This document shows positions 46,933 through 56,512 of a stretch of 64,000 nt of DNA, one piece after another. The DNA is taken from contig JAOAAY010000001.1 of the NCBI GenBank assembly GCA_026418615.1, positions 142,052 to 206,051 on the forward strand, given 5' to 3'. The DNA is from Candidatus Sumerlaeaceae bacterium (lineage in GTDB: Bacteria; Sumerlaeota; Sumerlaeia; Sumerlaeales; Sumerlaeaceae). Made by a program: the position numbers and the translations under genes. The notes below the pieces were generated by a model. That model was given only the letters and a program-made list of their open reading frames with translations. It was not told the origin of the DNA and did no database searches. Position 1 is the first letter of the stretch. Every line of letters begins with the position of its first letter.

Positions 46933-48006
46933 ATGCGGAAGGTGTGGGTGGTGTGCGGCGGACCCTCGACGGAGTACGAGGTTTCGCTTAATTCAGGTCG
47001 GGAGGTGTGCCGCCACATCCGGACGGACACAAACGACGCCCGGCCGGTTGTCATCACGCGCGAGGGACGCTGGATTGTCGGCGATCGCCTGACCAACGGC
47101 GGCGATCGCAGATCCGCGCTGGAGTCGTTTTTTGACGCGGTCCGCGGCGGTTCGGCTGCCAGCCACGCCTGCGATCTTGGCGAGGCGGTCACCCGGATGC
47201 TCCGGGAGCGCGTGGACTGTGTCTTCATTGCCATTCATGGCCAATTTGGGGAAGACGGCCGCATTCAAGGTCTGCTCGAGACGGCAGGTGTTGCATACAC
47301 GGGGTCCGGCATTCTCGCCTCGGCCACGGCATTTGATAAACAGTTGACGCTCGAGGCGTACCGTCGCGACGGACTGCGTACAGCGCGGAGTTTCCTGGCC
47401 GGTCGCGGGCGACCGGGCGCCACGGAAGACTCAACCCTGGCGTTTCCCGTCTTTGTGAAGCCTGTCCGCGGCGGGTCGAGCGTGGGCATTTCGCTGGCCC
47501 ACAACGCCATCGAACTTCAGGTGGCGGTGGAGGCGGCTTTGGCAGTGGACGACACGGCGCTTTGCGAGCAACGCATCGTGGGCATCGAAGTGTCATGCGG
47601 CGTTATAGACCGGGTCACCGAAAATGGCATCGAGACGATCGCCCTTCCGCCGACAGAGATCCGGCCAGTCGAATCCGAATATTTTGATTACACGGCCAAG
47701 TATGTGCCGGGCAAATCCGAAGAAATTACCCCGGCGCGGCTGTCACCCAAGGTCATAGCCCGCATCCAGGATGCGGCCATTCGCGCCCACCGCGTGCTCG
47801 GGTGCGCCGGCGTATCGCGAACGGACGCCATCGTGCCGCCGGGCGATAACGCCGAGCCGGTGCTTTTGGAGACCAATACCATCCCGGGATTGACCGCGAC
47901 ATCGCTGCTGCCGCAGCAGGCGCAGGCCTACGGCATGGACTTTTGTGATCTCATCGAAACGCTTATCATCCACGCCATGCACCGAGGCGGCGCGAAATGG
48001 CGTTGA
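46933..48006 (+). CDS. ddl: D-alanine--D-alanine ligase
   Basis: MRKVWVVCGGPSTEYEVSLNSG N-terminus and ATP-grasp blocks (FVKPVRGGSSVGIS, ETNTIPGLT). Start could be 21 nt upstream at the MAEMAGF Met. Confidence 0.88.
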   Translation: MRKVWVVCGGPSTEYEVSLNSGREVCRHIRTDTNDARPVVITREGRWIVGDRLTNGGDRRSALESFFDAVRGGSAASHACDLGEAVTRMLRERVDCVFIAIHGQFGEDGRIQGLLETAGVAYTGSGILASATAFDKQLTLEAYRRDGLRTARSFLAGRGRPGATEDSTLAFPVFVKPVRGGSSVGISLAHNAIELQVAVEAALAVDDTALCEQRIVGIEVSCGVIDRVTENGIETIALPPTEIRPVESEYFDYTAKYVPGKSEEITPARLSPKVIARIQDAAIRAHRVLGCAGVSRTDAIVPPGDNAEPVLLETNTIPGLTATSLLPQQAQAYGMDFCDLIETLIIHAMHRGGAKWR

Positions 48007-48040
48007 ACCTGCGGGCGGCTCGCGGGTAAAGTGCCCTATC

Positions 48041-50098
48041 ATGGCTGGTCAAGGCGATTTCGAACTGTTCTCAACGGAGTCGGTGTTTCAGGAGGGGCTT
48101 GACCTGCTGGAGGCCGACCACTTTGAGGAGGCGCTGCGGTCCTTTGATTATGTGATCGGCCGCCAGCCCGGCCACGCCGACGCCTTTTTTCACCGCGGTA
48201 TCGCGCTGGTCAACCTCGGGCGCCGCACAGAGGGCATGGCTTCTTTCCGCCATGCTGCGGAACTCTGCCCCACCGAGTCGGCTTACCACAGCCATTACGG
48301 TTATACCCTGTTGATCGCCGGCCAAGTGGATGACGCCATCGAACAGTTTGAATTGGCCCTTGGCCTGACGCCGGATGATCCACAAAACAAGATTTATCTG
48401 GCCTGCGCGCTGGTCGAGAAGCGGCAACTGGGGCGCGCCCGCTCGTTGTTGGAGGAAGTGCTCGCCCAGCATCCCGACAATATCGAAGCCCTGCGCCAGC
48501 ACTCGGCATTGGTGGCCATGCTGGGCGATGGGGAAACGGCACTGCGCGGTTTCCAACAAATTCTTAGCCAGCGGCCAAACGATCTTGATACCTTGCGGCG
48601 GCTTGCAGACTTGCATCAGGAGGCCAATCGGCGCGGGGAGGCCATCCGGGCGTTGCGCCAAATAGTGGCCATTGACCCGTCCGCCGCGGATGACTGGGTG
48701 GCTTTGGTGCGATTATGCGTCGAGACAGGCAACCGTGCTGCGGTGGTGGCGCATGTCACCGAGGCCATCGCGATGGGGATCCGCGATGCGGAACTGTACA
48801 TGCACCGGGGGCGCGCCTACCTCGAACAGCGGCGCGTGGATCTCGCCATCACGGATTTGCGCCACGCCCGCGACCTCGACGACCAGTCCGTCGGCATCCA
48901 TTACTGGCTGGCCCGCGCCTATGTGGAGGCCGGACGGTTGAGGCAGGCGCTTTATTGCGCGGGCAGGGCCCTGCAGATCGCCCCGCGCGACCGCCGTGTC
49001 ATCCTGCTCAAATCCCAAGTTCACCGCCAGTTGGGCGAGCACGAGAGCGAGTACCAGTATCTGAAAACGCTGCAGGCCAACCAGCCGCTCAATTTTGAGA
49101 TCACCCGCCTGCTCGTACGCAATTACCTCGCGCGTCACAAGCCGGGTGCGGCCTTGGCCACGGTCGACGCCTTCCTGCACCGTAAGCCGAACCACATCGG
49201 CGCACTGCTGTTGTGCGCTGAACTGAGCGAGACCCACGGCGACCCGGCGCAAGCCCGGTGGTGTTATCGTCAGGTCATCCGGCAACCTCGCGCCGAGGCC
49301 AGTGCCTACGCAGCATTCGCAGATTTTCTGATCCGCCAGTCCGATGCACCGGCTGCGGCCGAACTGCTGGAGACGGCCGCGGGGTTGTTTCCCGCCAACT
49401 TTGCCATTCTGCTGCGACGCGCTGAAGTCCTTCAGCGGCTGGGATGTTTCGACGAGTCCGTAGCGATCCTCGAGGACGCGCTGCGCGAGCAGCGTCCCAC
49501 CGCCGACATGTATTGGTTGCTCGGAAAAGGGCTGTACGCGCAGCAACGCTACGAGGAGGCGCTGGACGCGTTTCAAGACGCCCGCGCTGCAGAGACGCGG
49601 TGCAACGGCACGGCCGCTCCGTCTTTCCGATGCCTTGTTGCGGAAGTTTGCACGCTTCACCACCTCGGACGCACCGCTGACGGCGTGCGCCTTCTGGAGC
49701 AGCACCTCGGGCAATTCGAGCGCTTCGAGCGCGAGTGCCACGAGTTGCTTGGCGAACTCTATGAGCAAATGAACCAGCCGGCACGCGCCCGCCAGCATTA
49801 CGAACAATCCATCGAGAAGTTTGGCGAATCGGCTGTGGTGCGTTACCGACTCGCCCGGTGCGCCGCAGTCCTGGACCAGAAGGCTCAGGCTCTGCATCAC
49901 CTCTCACTGGCCATCGCTCACGAGCCGGCATTGGCTGACGCGGCCGCCACCGAACCCGCGTTTCAACGATATGTCCTGAGCCTGTCCATGCAGCGCCTCT
50001 TGGGATATCGCTTCCTTCGGCGTCATGCGGCTGTGGTGGCCGGACTGGCCGCCGTCGCTTTGGCGGCCATCGCCGCCGTTTGGTTTGTCACGCGCTGA
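48041..50098 (+). CDS. TPR-repeat protein with C-terminal TM anchor
   Basis: About 16 TPR-like repeats (W-LG-Y...A-F...P-N consensus). Ends with the hydrophobic helix VVAGLAAVALAAIAAVWFV. Start trimmed to the MAGQGDF Met. Confidence 0.8.
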   Translation: MAGQGDFELFSTESVFQEGLDLLEADHFEEALRSFDYVIGRQPGHADAFFHRGIALVNLGRRTEGMASFRHAAELCPTESAYHSHYGYTLLIAGQVDDAIEQFELALGLTPDDPQNKIYLACALVEKRQLGRARSLLEEVLAQHPDNIEALRQHSALVAMLGDGETALRGFQQILSQRPNDLDTLRRLADLHQEANRRGEAIRALRQIVAIDPSAADDWVALVRLCVETGNRAAVVAHVTEAIAMGIRDAELYMHRGRAYLEQRRVDLAITDLRHARDLDDQSVGIHYWLARAYVEAGRLRQALYCAGRALQIAPRDRRVILLKSQVHRQLGEHESEYQYLKTLQANQPLNFEITRLLVRNYLARHKPGAALATVDAFLHRKPNHIGALLLCAELSETHGDPAQARWCYRQVIRQPRAEASAYAAFADFLIRQSDAPAAAELLETAAGLFPANFAILLRRAEVLQRLGCFDESVAILEDALREQRPTADMYWLLGKGLYAQQRYEEALDAFQDARAAETRCNGTAAPSFRCLVAEVCTLHHLGRTADGVRLLEQHLGQFERFERECHELLGELYEQMNQPARARQHYEQSIEKFGESAVVRYRLARCAAVLDQKAQALHHLSLAIAHEPALADAAATEPAFQRYVLSLSMQRLLGYRFLRRHAAVVAGLAAVALAAIAAVWFVTR

Positions 50099-50170
50099 AA
50101 GGGCGCACCGCGGGTTTTTCCGTTGCATGACGGGGCCGCGCAGCGAAATTGGCGCGCGGCAGGTTGACAG

Positions 50171-51223
50171 ATGAGCACATCCTTCACCGTGAACGCAGCG
50201 TTGGTCGCCATCGCCCTGTGGGGATTGGCCCTCTTCGGGGTCGGACGCATCCGCAACAGTCGGGTTCGCGAGAATCTCGAGGCCTATCTGTACCTTCTGC
50301 CCGCGGCGTCTGTCCTGCTGGTTTTCTGGTTCATCCCCGTCGTGCTCTCCATCATCATTTCCTTCACGGACTGGCAGGGGGCTTCGCGTTTCAGCACGGT
50401 GAGGTGGGTCGGAGCCGCCAATTACATACGGGCGGCCGGCGACGAGGCTTTCCACAAAGTTCTGTATAACACAATCAATTATGTCATTTACAGCGTTCCG
50501 TTGACGCTTCTCGGCGCCCTCGGTGTGGCGATGGTCATGAACTCCAACATCCGGGGCCGGAATGTGTTCCGCACCATCTACTTCCTGCCATTCATCACCA
50601 CATGGGTCGCGGTGTCAGTTGTTTTCCGGTATGTGTTCAACGAGAGTTTTGGTCTCGCCAATTACATCCTTCACTCGCTCCATCTGCCCGGGTTTGGCTG
50701 GCTCAGCGAGCCGCGAGGCATTTTCGAAATGTTCCTGCGCGGCGCGCTCGGCATTCCCCTGCCAGACAAATTGCATCCGCTGCTCGCAGGTCCGTCGCTG
50801 GCCATGTTTACTATTATCCTGACCTCCGTCTGGCGCGACATCGGGTATTTCATGGTCATCTTTCTCGCCGGCCTGCAGAACATTGACCGCAGTTACTACG
50901 AGGCGTCGGAAATTGACGGCGCCAGCCGCTGGCAGCAGTTCCGGCACATCACCTGGCCGCTGCTCTCGCCGACAACCTTTTTCATCCTGATCATCTCGAT
51001 GATCGGGGCGTTCAAAGTGTTTGTGCCCATGTTTATCATGACTCCCAACGGCGGGCCCGACCGGACGACGGAATCCCTTGTGTTTTTCCTCTACAAGGTG
51101 GCGTTCGCCATCGACAAGGACATGGGGTACGCGTCGGCCATTGCCTATATTTTGTTCGGCATCATCCTCGCCTTGACGCTCATCCAGAATCGCGTTTTCG
51201 GGCGGCGGGTCCACTATACATGA
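50171..51223 (+). CDS. ABC transporter permease (carbohydrate CUT1, MalF/UgpA-like)
   Basis: 6 TM helices and an EAA loop EASEIDGASRWQQFRHITWPL. Confidence 0.85.
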   Translation: MSTSFTVNAALVAIALWGLALFGVGRIRNSRVRENLEAYLYLLPAASVLLVFWFIPVVLSIIISFTDWQGASRFSTVRWVGAANYIRAAGDEAFHKVLYNTINYVIYSVPLTLLGALGVAMVMNSNIRGRNVFRTIYFLPFITTWVAVSVVFRYVFNESFGLANYILHSLHLPGFGWLSEPRGIFEMFLRGALGIPLPDKLHPLLAGPSLAMFTIILTSVWRDIGYFMVIFLAGLQNIDRSYYEASEIDGASRWQQFRHITWPLLSPTTFFILIISMIGAFKVFVPMFIMTPNGGPDRTTESLVFFLYKVAFAIDKDMGYASAIAYILFGIILALTLIQNRVFGRRVHYT

Positions 51224-52203
51224 ACCCCATGCGGATCCTGCTGATCGTGTGCATGGCAGGGCTTGCTTCTTGGTCTGCGGCGGCAGCCGAAATCCGGTGG
51301 GAGACCCGGCCGTGGGGGGAGATCGGCACGGCCCCTCTGGCGACCGCTCCCTTTCCCGATGACAGTCGCACGACGGGCTTTACCAACCGCCGCGGCCAGT
51401 CGTTCCCCCGCGAGGGACACTACGATGACCCGACCGTGGCGTTCTGCATTCCCAACGGATTCCGGCCGGGCACAAGCCCGGATTTTATCGTACATTTTCA
51501 TGGTCACGGAAATACGGCTACGAGTTGCGTGGTTCAGTTCCGGCTGGGCGAGCAACTGGAGGCCAGCGGACGCAACGCGATTCTGATTGTGCCGCAGGGT
51601 CCGCGCATGGCCCCGGACAGCGGCGGCGGAAAACTGGAAAAGGCGGGCGGCTTTGCCGCATTCATGGACGAGGCCCTTCAGTGCCTCGTGGCAGCCGGCC
51701 GACTACCGGCCGAGGCCAGCCCCCGGCACATTATCCTCAGCGCCCACAGCGGCGGATACCGGGTGACAGCAATGATTCTCGAGCGCGGCGGACTGACCGG
51801 GAAGATCCGCGAGGCATGGTTGTTTGATGCCGCCTACGCCCAGTGGGACGAACTGGCACGGCCCTTTGCGACGCCCGACAGCGGCAGACGCCTGCGCAGC
51901 ATCTTCACCGATCATCTCGCGGTCGCCAATCTGCAACTCATGAGCCGACTCACCCTGCGCGGCGCGCCTGTTGCGGTTGTCCGCGACGACCACCTGAGCA
52001 CCGCCGGCGTGACACCAGCCGCATTCGCCGAATTCGCGTTTCATAGCGCCGAGGCCAAGCCCGGCGAGGATGAACTGCCGCACCTGCTCCGCCGTCATCC
52101 AAATCTTTTTATGTACACCGTCCTGTCCCACAACGACCTGGTCATGGAGGCTCGCTACTTCGAACTGTTTGCGCGCGAGTCGCCAAACCTTGCCCCGCGC
52201 TGA
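51220..52203 (+). CDS. secreted alpha/beta-hydrolase-fold esterase-like protein (hypothetical)
   Basis: Signal peptide MNPMRILLIVCMAGLASWSAAA. An HGHGNT oxyanion-hole-like block and a nucleophile-elbow-like LSAHSGGY. 4-nt overlap with the permease gene. Confidence 0.5.
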   Translation: MNPMRILLIVCMAGLASWSAAAAEIRWETRPWGEIGTAPLATAPFPDDSRTTGFTNRRGQSFPREGHYDDPTVAFCIPNGFRPGTSPDFIVHFHGHGNTATSCVVQFRLGEQLEASGRNAILIVPQGPRMAPDSGGGKLEKAGGFAAFMDEALQCLVAAGRLPAEASPRHIILSAHSGGYRVTAMILERGGLTGKIREAWLFDAAYAQWDELARPFATPDSGRRLRSIFTDHLAVANLQLMSRLTLRGAPVAVVRDDHLSTAGVTPAAFAEFAFHSAEAKPGEDELPHLLRRHPNLFMYTVLSHNDLVMEARYFELFARESPNLAPR

Positions 52204-52209
52204 CCGGAA

Positions 52210-53517
52210 TCAGACTTCCTCGCTCTCCGCGACTGGCAGACTGATCTCGACCGTAGTCCCCTGTCCCGGTTTGCTGCTGATGGCGATACTGCCCCCATGG
52301 GCTTCAATGATCCGACGCGTAATCGAAAGCCCAAGTCCCGTTCCGGTATGGCGAGTGGTGAAGAACGGGTCAAACACACGGCTGATGTCCTCGCTTTTGA
52401 TTCCGCAGCCCGTGTCCGACACCCTCTGCCGAACCACAGCCCGCTCCGGATCCGTCTCCAGTTCCACCCGGATGGTTCCACCGTTTTCGCCCAAAGCGTC
52501 GCGGGCATTCATGTAAATATTGAGCAATGCTTGTTTGATCTGGTTGCGGTCCATGCGGACAGGCGGTAGGGCGTCGGCAAAAACGCGCTCCACGCGCACC
52601 TTGTTGGTGTCTGCACGGTGGAACAAAAAGTTCAGCACCTCGTTGTTCAATTCGGCCATGTCGGCGGATTCGCTGGCAGGCGAGGCCGGACGCGCGTAAT
52701 TGAGCAATTCCTCGACGATCTGCTTGCAACGCTGGGACTCGCGGTGGATTGTTTCAAAATCCCCGATTCGCGGATCGCTCGGGTCAGCCCCCCGCTTGAG
52801 AAACTCCGCATAAGCGGAAATGATGCCAATCGGGTTGTTGATCTCGTGCGCAACTCCCGCGGCCAGTTGGCCCAACACGGCGAGGTTCTCCGACCGCACC
52901 AGATTTTCCCGCGCACGCAAGATTTCCGCCTTTTGCCGGCTGATGATCTCGACAATGAACCAGGACATGAGGATCACGAGCCACACAAACACGATCCGGA
53001 TCATGTTGTTGCGCGCCTCATGCGGCGAAACGGCCGCCTCTTGCCACATGACACTGGTGATAAAAATAACGCCGATGACCGTGTTGGCCATCAGGTTGGC
53101 CCGAGCGGTGCGAAAAAGCGCAAATCCGCGCAAAATCAGCAGGAAATAAAATACATAGAAATCCGTCGAGGCGCCCTCGTAAGACGGATAAACCCGCGAA
53201 TCGAGCAGAACCAGCAGGGTTACGAACACGACATCCACGCAATAGGATGCAACACACAGCGGGCGCACCTGACCGAGCCCGATGTGAGACAGATAGAGGA
53301 AGTAACTCTGCCCGAGGTTCCACATGGAGTAAAAGACAAACAGGGCAAATACGGGCACCGGCATGGGCCAGGCATTCGGCCTGCTCAGAATCCAAAAGAC
53401 GAGCGCCGTGATCAGGATCGCCCACTTCAGCGGCAGGATGGCGCGCCGTTCCACGCCGCGCAGCCAAAACCGAAACTCGCGTTCCTCTGCATCTATGGCT
53501 TGGGATTTGTCAGGCAC
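52210..53517 (-). CDS. membrane-embedded sensor histidine kinase (multi-TM sensor-HisKA-HATPase)
   Basis: About 6 N-terminal TM helices, H-box AHEINNPIGII, G boxes DTGCGI / GTGLGLSI. The track ORF (to 53604) would overlap the upstream radical-SAM gene by 55 nt, so I tentatively start it at the in-frame GTG (V30). Confidence 0.8.
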   Translation of the reverse strand: MPDKSQAIDAEEREFRFWLRGVERRAILPLKWAILITALVFWILSRPNAWPMPVPVFALFVFYSMWNLGQSYFLYLSHIGLGQVRPLCVASYCVDVVFVTLLVLLDSRVYPSYEGASTDFYVFYFLLILRGFALFRTARANLMANTVIGVIFITSVMWQEAAVSPHEARNNMIRIVFVWLVILMSWFIVEIISRQKAEILRARENLVRSENLAVLGQLAAGVAHEINNPIGIISAYAEFLKRGADPSDPRIGDFETIHRESQRCKQIVEELLNYARPASPASESADMAELNNEVLNFLFHRADTNKVRVERVFADALPPVRMDRNQIKQALLNIYMNARDALGENGGTIRVELETDPERAVVRQRVSDTGCGIKSEDISRVFDPFFTTRHTGTGLGLSITRRIIEAHGGSIAISSKPGQGTTVEISLPVAESEEV

Positions 53518-53549
53518 ACCCGGCACTCCGGCTGGGGTGCCCGCCAAAG

Positions 53550-54629
53550 TCAAACACGGGCCGCGCCTCCGCGCCGCCAAATGCCGGGGATGACCTCGCC
53601 GCACCCCGGGCAGGCTCCGTCGCGTGTCAATTCATTCGACAATACCCGGAAGCCAAACCGCTTGATGAGGGTCCGCGAACACCGCGGGCACAGTGTGTTT
53701 TCAAGTTCCCCCACGCGGCCCGGAAGGTTGCCTGCGTAGACATACCGCAGCCCCGCCTCACGCCCGATGGCGGCTGCGTCGGCCAGCATGTCCGCCGAGG
53801 TGCGCCGACGATCGCGCATCTTGTAATCCTCGTGAAACGCCGTCACATGCCACGGAATGTCCACCGAGACAGACGCCACAAAACGGGTCAGTTCGCGGAT
53901 CTCACGCGGGCTATCGTTGAAACCCGGCACCAAGAGCGTGACGATCTCGACCCAGAACCCCCGCTCCTTCAGCATGACAATCGTATCGCATACGGTCGCC
54001 AGAACGCCGCCCAGCCGGCGATAATTGGCGTCGTCAAACCCTTTTAGATCCACCTTGTAAGCGTCCATCCATGGGCGCAGGTAGTCCAGCACGCGCGCCG
54101 TGGCGTTGCCATTGGAGACGAAGGTGCACAGAAGACGCTGAGCCTTTGCCAATCGGAACACTTCGACGGCCCACTCCGCCGTAATGAGCGGCTCATTGTA
54201 GGTGCTGGCGATGACCTCGGCCCCGTGCTGGATTGCCAACTCCACAATGTGTGAGGCCGAGACATCGCGCGGCGGACTGATCGCCATGGGATCGCGCAGG
54301 GCCTGCGAGGTGACCCAGTTCTGACAGTACGAGCAGTGCAAGTCGCAGCCCAGCATGCCGAAACTGAGAGCCTCGCTGCCGGGCAGGACATGGAAGAACG
54401 GCTTTTTTTCGATCGGATCGCAGGCCAAGCCGGCCACATAACCCCGCGGTACGAGCAGGCGGCCACCCTCGTTGAAGCGCACCTTGCACACCCCCGCCCG
54501 TCCCGGCGCAATCAGACAGCGGTGACCGCATGCGTGGCAGCGAACGCGGCCGCGATCCAGCGCGTCCACTAATTCTACGGCGGCTTCACCGGTGCGTTCT
54601 TTTAGTGCCTGCTCCAGTGTCGGTGCCAT
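53550..54629 (-). CDS. AmmeMemoRadiSam-system-type radical SAM enzyme (PFL-activase-like)
   Basis: N-terminal CxxC...C zinc-ribbon-like segment (RCHACGHRC...VC) followed by the radical-SAM CDLHCSYCQNW motif. About 360 aa, which fits the TIGR04337-like family. Confidence 0.7.
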   Translation of the reverse strand: MAPTLEQALKERTGEAAVELVDALDRGRVRCHACGHRCLIAPGRAGVCKVRFNEGGRLLVPRGYVAGLACDPIEKKPFFHVLPGSEALSFGMLGCDLHCSYCQNWVTSQALRDPMAISPPRDVSASHIVELAIQHGAEVIASTYNEPLITAEWAVEVFRLAKAQRLLCTFVSNGNATARVLDYLRPWMDAYKVDLKGFDDANYRRLGGVLATVCDTIVMLKERGFWVEIVTLLVPGFNDSPREIRELTRFVASVSVDIPWHVTAFHEDYKMRDRRRTSADMLADAAAIGREAGLRYVYAGNLPGRVGELENTLCPRCSRTLIKRFGFRVLSNELTRDGACPGCGEVIPGIWRRGGAARV

Positions 54630-54701
54630 ATGTGATTACCATCCGGCATACAGGGTGCTCCATGCACCCCTTCGTCGTCAACCTCCGTCGCAACGGTGGA
54701 T

Positions 54702-54730
54702 CTTGAATAAACGAAAGAACGGCCGCTTAT
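54702..54730 (+). promoter_or_regulatory. putative sigma-32-type heat-shock promoter upstream of dnaJ
   Basis: CTTGAA, 15-nt spacer, then CCGCTTAT. This approximates the CTTGAAA-N13-15-CCCCATnT consensus. It lies about 40 nt upstream of the dnaJ start. Confidence 0.3.
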
Positions 54731-54768
54731 GAGGCTCATCGGAGTTTAGGTTCTCTCCGACAGATTCC

Positions 54769-55926
54769 ATGGCCAAACGCGACTACTACGAAATACTGGG
54801 TGTTTCCCGCAATGCCTCGCTTGACGAGATCAAGAAGGCGTACCGCCGCGTTGCCAAACAGTACCACCCAGATAAGAATCCCAACAATCCCGAGGCCGAA
54901 GCCCGGTTCAAGGAAGCCTGCGAGGCCTACGAGGTTCTCAGCGATCCGGAAAAGCGCTCCAACTATGACCGATTCGGCCATGAGGGCGTGAAGTTCGGGC
55001 GCGGCGGCTTCTCTTACGAAAACTTCACCCATTTTGCGGACTTTGAGGATATTCTCGGGTCGTTTTTTGGCGGAATGTTTGGCGCCGCGGGGGGTGGCGG
55101 CCGCGGGCGGCGTCGTCGGGGGCCGGAACCCGGTCGCGATCTGAAGGTTTCCGTCACCATTGACCTCGAGGATGCCGTTCACGGCAAAGAAGTGGAACTC
55201 GCCCTGACCCGCCTCGAGGCCTGTGAAGACTGTCATGGCACGGGTGCCAAACCGGGGACTCACAGCGTGCGCTGTCCCCAGTGCCAAGGCCACGGCGCCG
55301 TGCGCATGCAGCAGGGATTCTTCAGCATTACCACATCGTGCAGCCGCTGCGACGGGACCGGCGAGGTGGTGGACAATCCCTGCGCGACCTGCCTCGGTCG
55401 CGGGCGTGTCAATGTGAAGAGCCGTGTCAAAGTGCGGATCCCCAAGGGCGTGGACAACGGCACCCTTGTTCGCGTGTCTGGGGAGGGCGAAGCCGGGCCA
55501 CGCAACGGGCCGCGCGGAAATCTCTATGTCGAAATCAGCGTCCGCCCGCACGACAGTTTTCAGCGCGAGGGCGACGATCTCATCATGCCCCTGCCCATCA
55601 GTTTCTCTCAGGCCGCCCTTGGCGACGAGGTGGAGATCCAAACCTTCTATGGTCCGGAGACGCTCACCATCCCGCCGGGCACGCAAACCGGCACCCGCTT
55701 CCGCATTCGCGGCAAAGGAATGCCGCGCACCTCGGATGCGCGCACCCATGGCGATCTGATCATCTATGTTGTCGTCAAGACACCCACCAACTTGACCGAA
55801 CGCGAGCGCGAGTTATTCCGGGAACTGGCCGAGATCAATAACGAGCGAATCAGTGCGGGAAAAGGGTTTTTCGAGACCCTGAAGGATGGCATTCGCGAAC
55901 TCAAACGCGAATACTTCGGGGAATAA
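54769..55926 (+). CDS. dnaJ: molecular chaperone DnaJ
   Basis: J domain with HPD (KQYHPDKNP), G/F-rich region, four CxxCxGxG zinc-finger repeats, and a C-terminal substrate-binding domain. Confidence 0.93.
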   Translation: MAKRDYYEILGVSRNASLDEIKKAYRRVAKQYHPDKNPNNPEAEARFKEACEAYEVLSDPEKRSNYDRFGHEGVKFGRGGFSYENFTHFADFEDILGSFFGGMFGAAGGGGRGRRRRGPEPGRDLKVSVTIDLEDAVHGKEVELALTRLEACEDCHGTGAKPGTHSVRCPQCQGHGAVRMQQGFFSITTSCSRCDGTGEVVDNPCATCLGRGRVNVKSRVKVRIPKGVDNGTLVRVSGEGEAGPRNGPRGNLYVEISVRPHDSFQREGDDLIMPLPISFSQAALGDEVEIQTFYGPETLTIPPGTQTGTRFRIRGKGMPRTSDARTHGDLIIYVVVKTPTNLTERERELFRELAEINNERISAGKGFFETLKDGIRELKREYFGE

Positions 55927-55927
55927 G

Positions 55928-56278
55928 ATGAAGCCTGACGGCCGCAACATTGACTCTGACTCTTCGCGTTTGGTGTATTCGACAGACTTGGGCGATCTGC
56001 GAAAAGCAACCCCGCCCAAGAGTGTCGCCGCGCCCCCAGCGTCGCCAAATGCAGCCGCCGCAGTGCTGCGCCTCGAAACCAAAGGTCGCCGGGGCAAAGC
56101 CGTGACGCGCATCTCCCGACTCGGACTCAACCCCGCTGCTCTTCAGGATCTGTGCCGGAACCTCAAAACGCATTGCGGCGCTGGCGGAACCGTCGAGGAT
56201 GCCGACATTCTCATTCAAGGCGACCACCGCGAGAAAATTGCCGCCTTTCTCCGCCACTGCGGCCACAAGGTGAAGTAA
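55928..56278 (+). CDS. yciH: translation initiation factor SUI1/eIF1-like (YciH)
   Basis: 116 aa. The central SUI1 fold block (RGKAVTRISRL...LKTHCGAGGTVED..ILIQGDHREKI) is conserved. The ATG lies 2 nt after the dnaJ stop. The track ORF is trimmed. Confidence 0.8.
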   Translation: MKPDGRNIDSDSSRLVYSTDLGDLRKATPPKSVAAPPASPNAAAAVLRLETKGRRGKAVTRISRLGLNPAALQDLCRNLKTHCGAGGTVEDADILIQGDHREKIAAFLRHCGHKVK

Positions 56279-56512
56279 CCCGCGTCGTTCGCGTCATGCC
56301 CTCGCTCGGCTGGCTTGGCGGACACTCTCCATGCCGGCAGCCGCGAGGGTCCCCGAGGCCATGTCGTGTCACCGCTTGGTACCTTGGTGGTCGGATCCCT
56401 CAATCGCGGCTGGGAACTGTGAGAGGCGATTCGGCGTCGGGCAGCATCTTTCAGCCGAAGGTCTTGCTACACGCTTGCATGCCCTGTGTCGCGATGCGGT
56501 AGTGCTCAATCC

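Noticed and set aside
48713-49900. 395-aa minus-strand ORF
   Set aside because: Antisense to the TPR-protein gene, whose repeat periodicity is clear.
54630-54768. Search for a CIRCE (HrcA) operator upstream of dnaJ
   Set aside because: No TTAGCACTC-N9-GAGTGCTAA-like inverted repeat is present; only a weak sigma-32-like promoter match.
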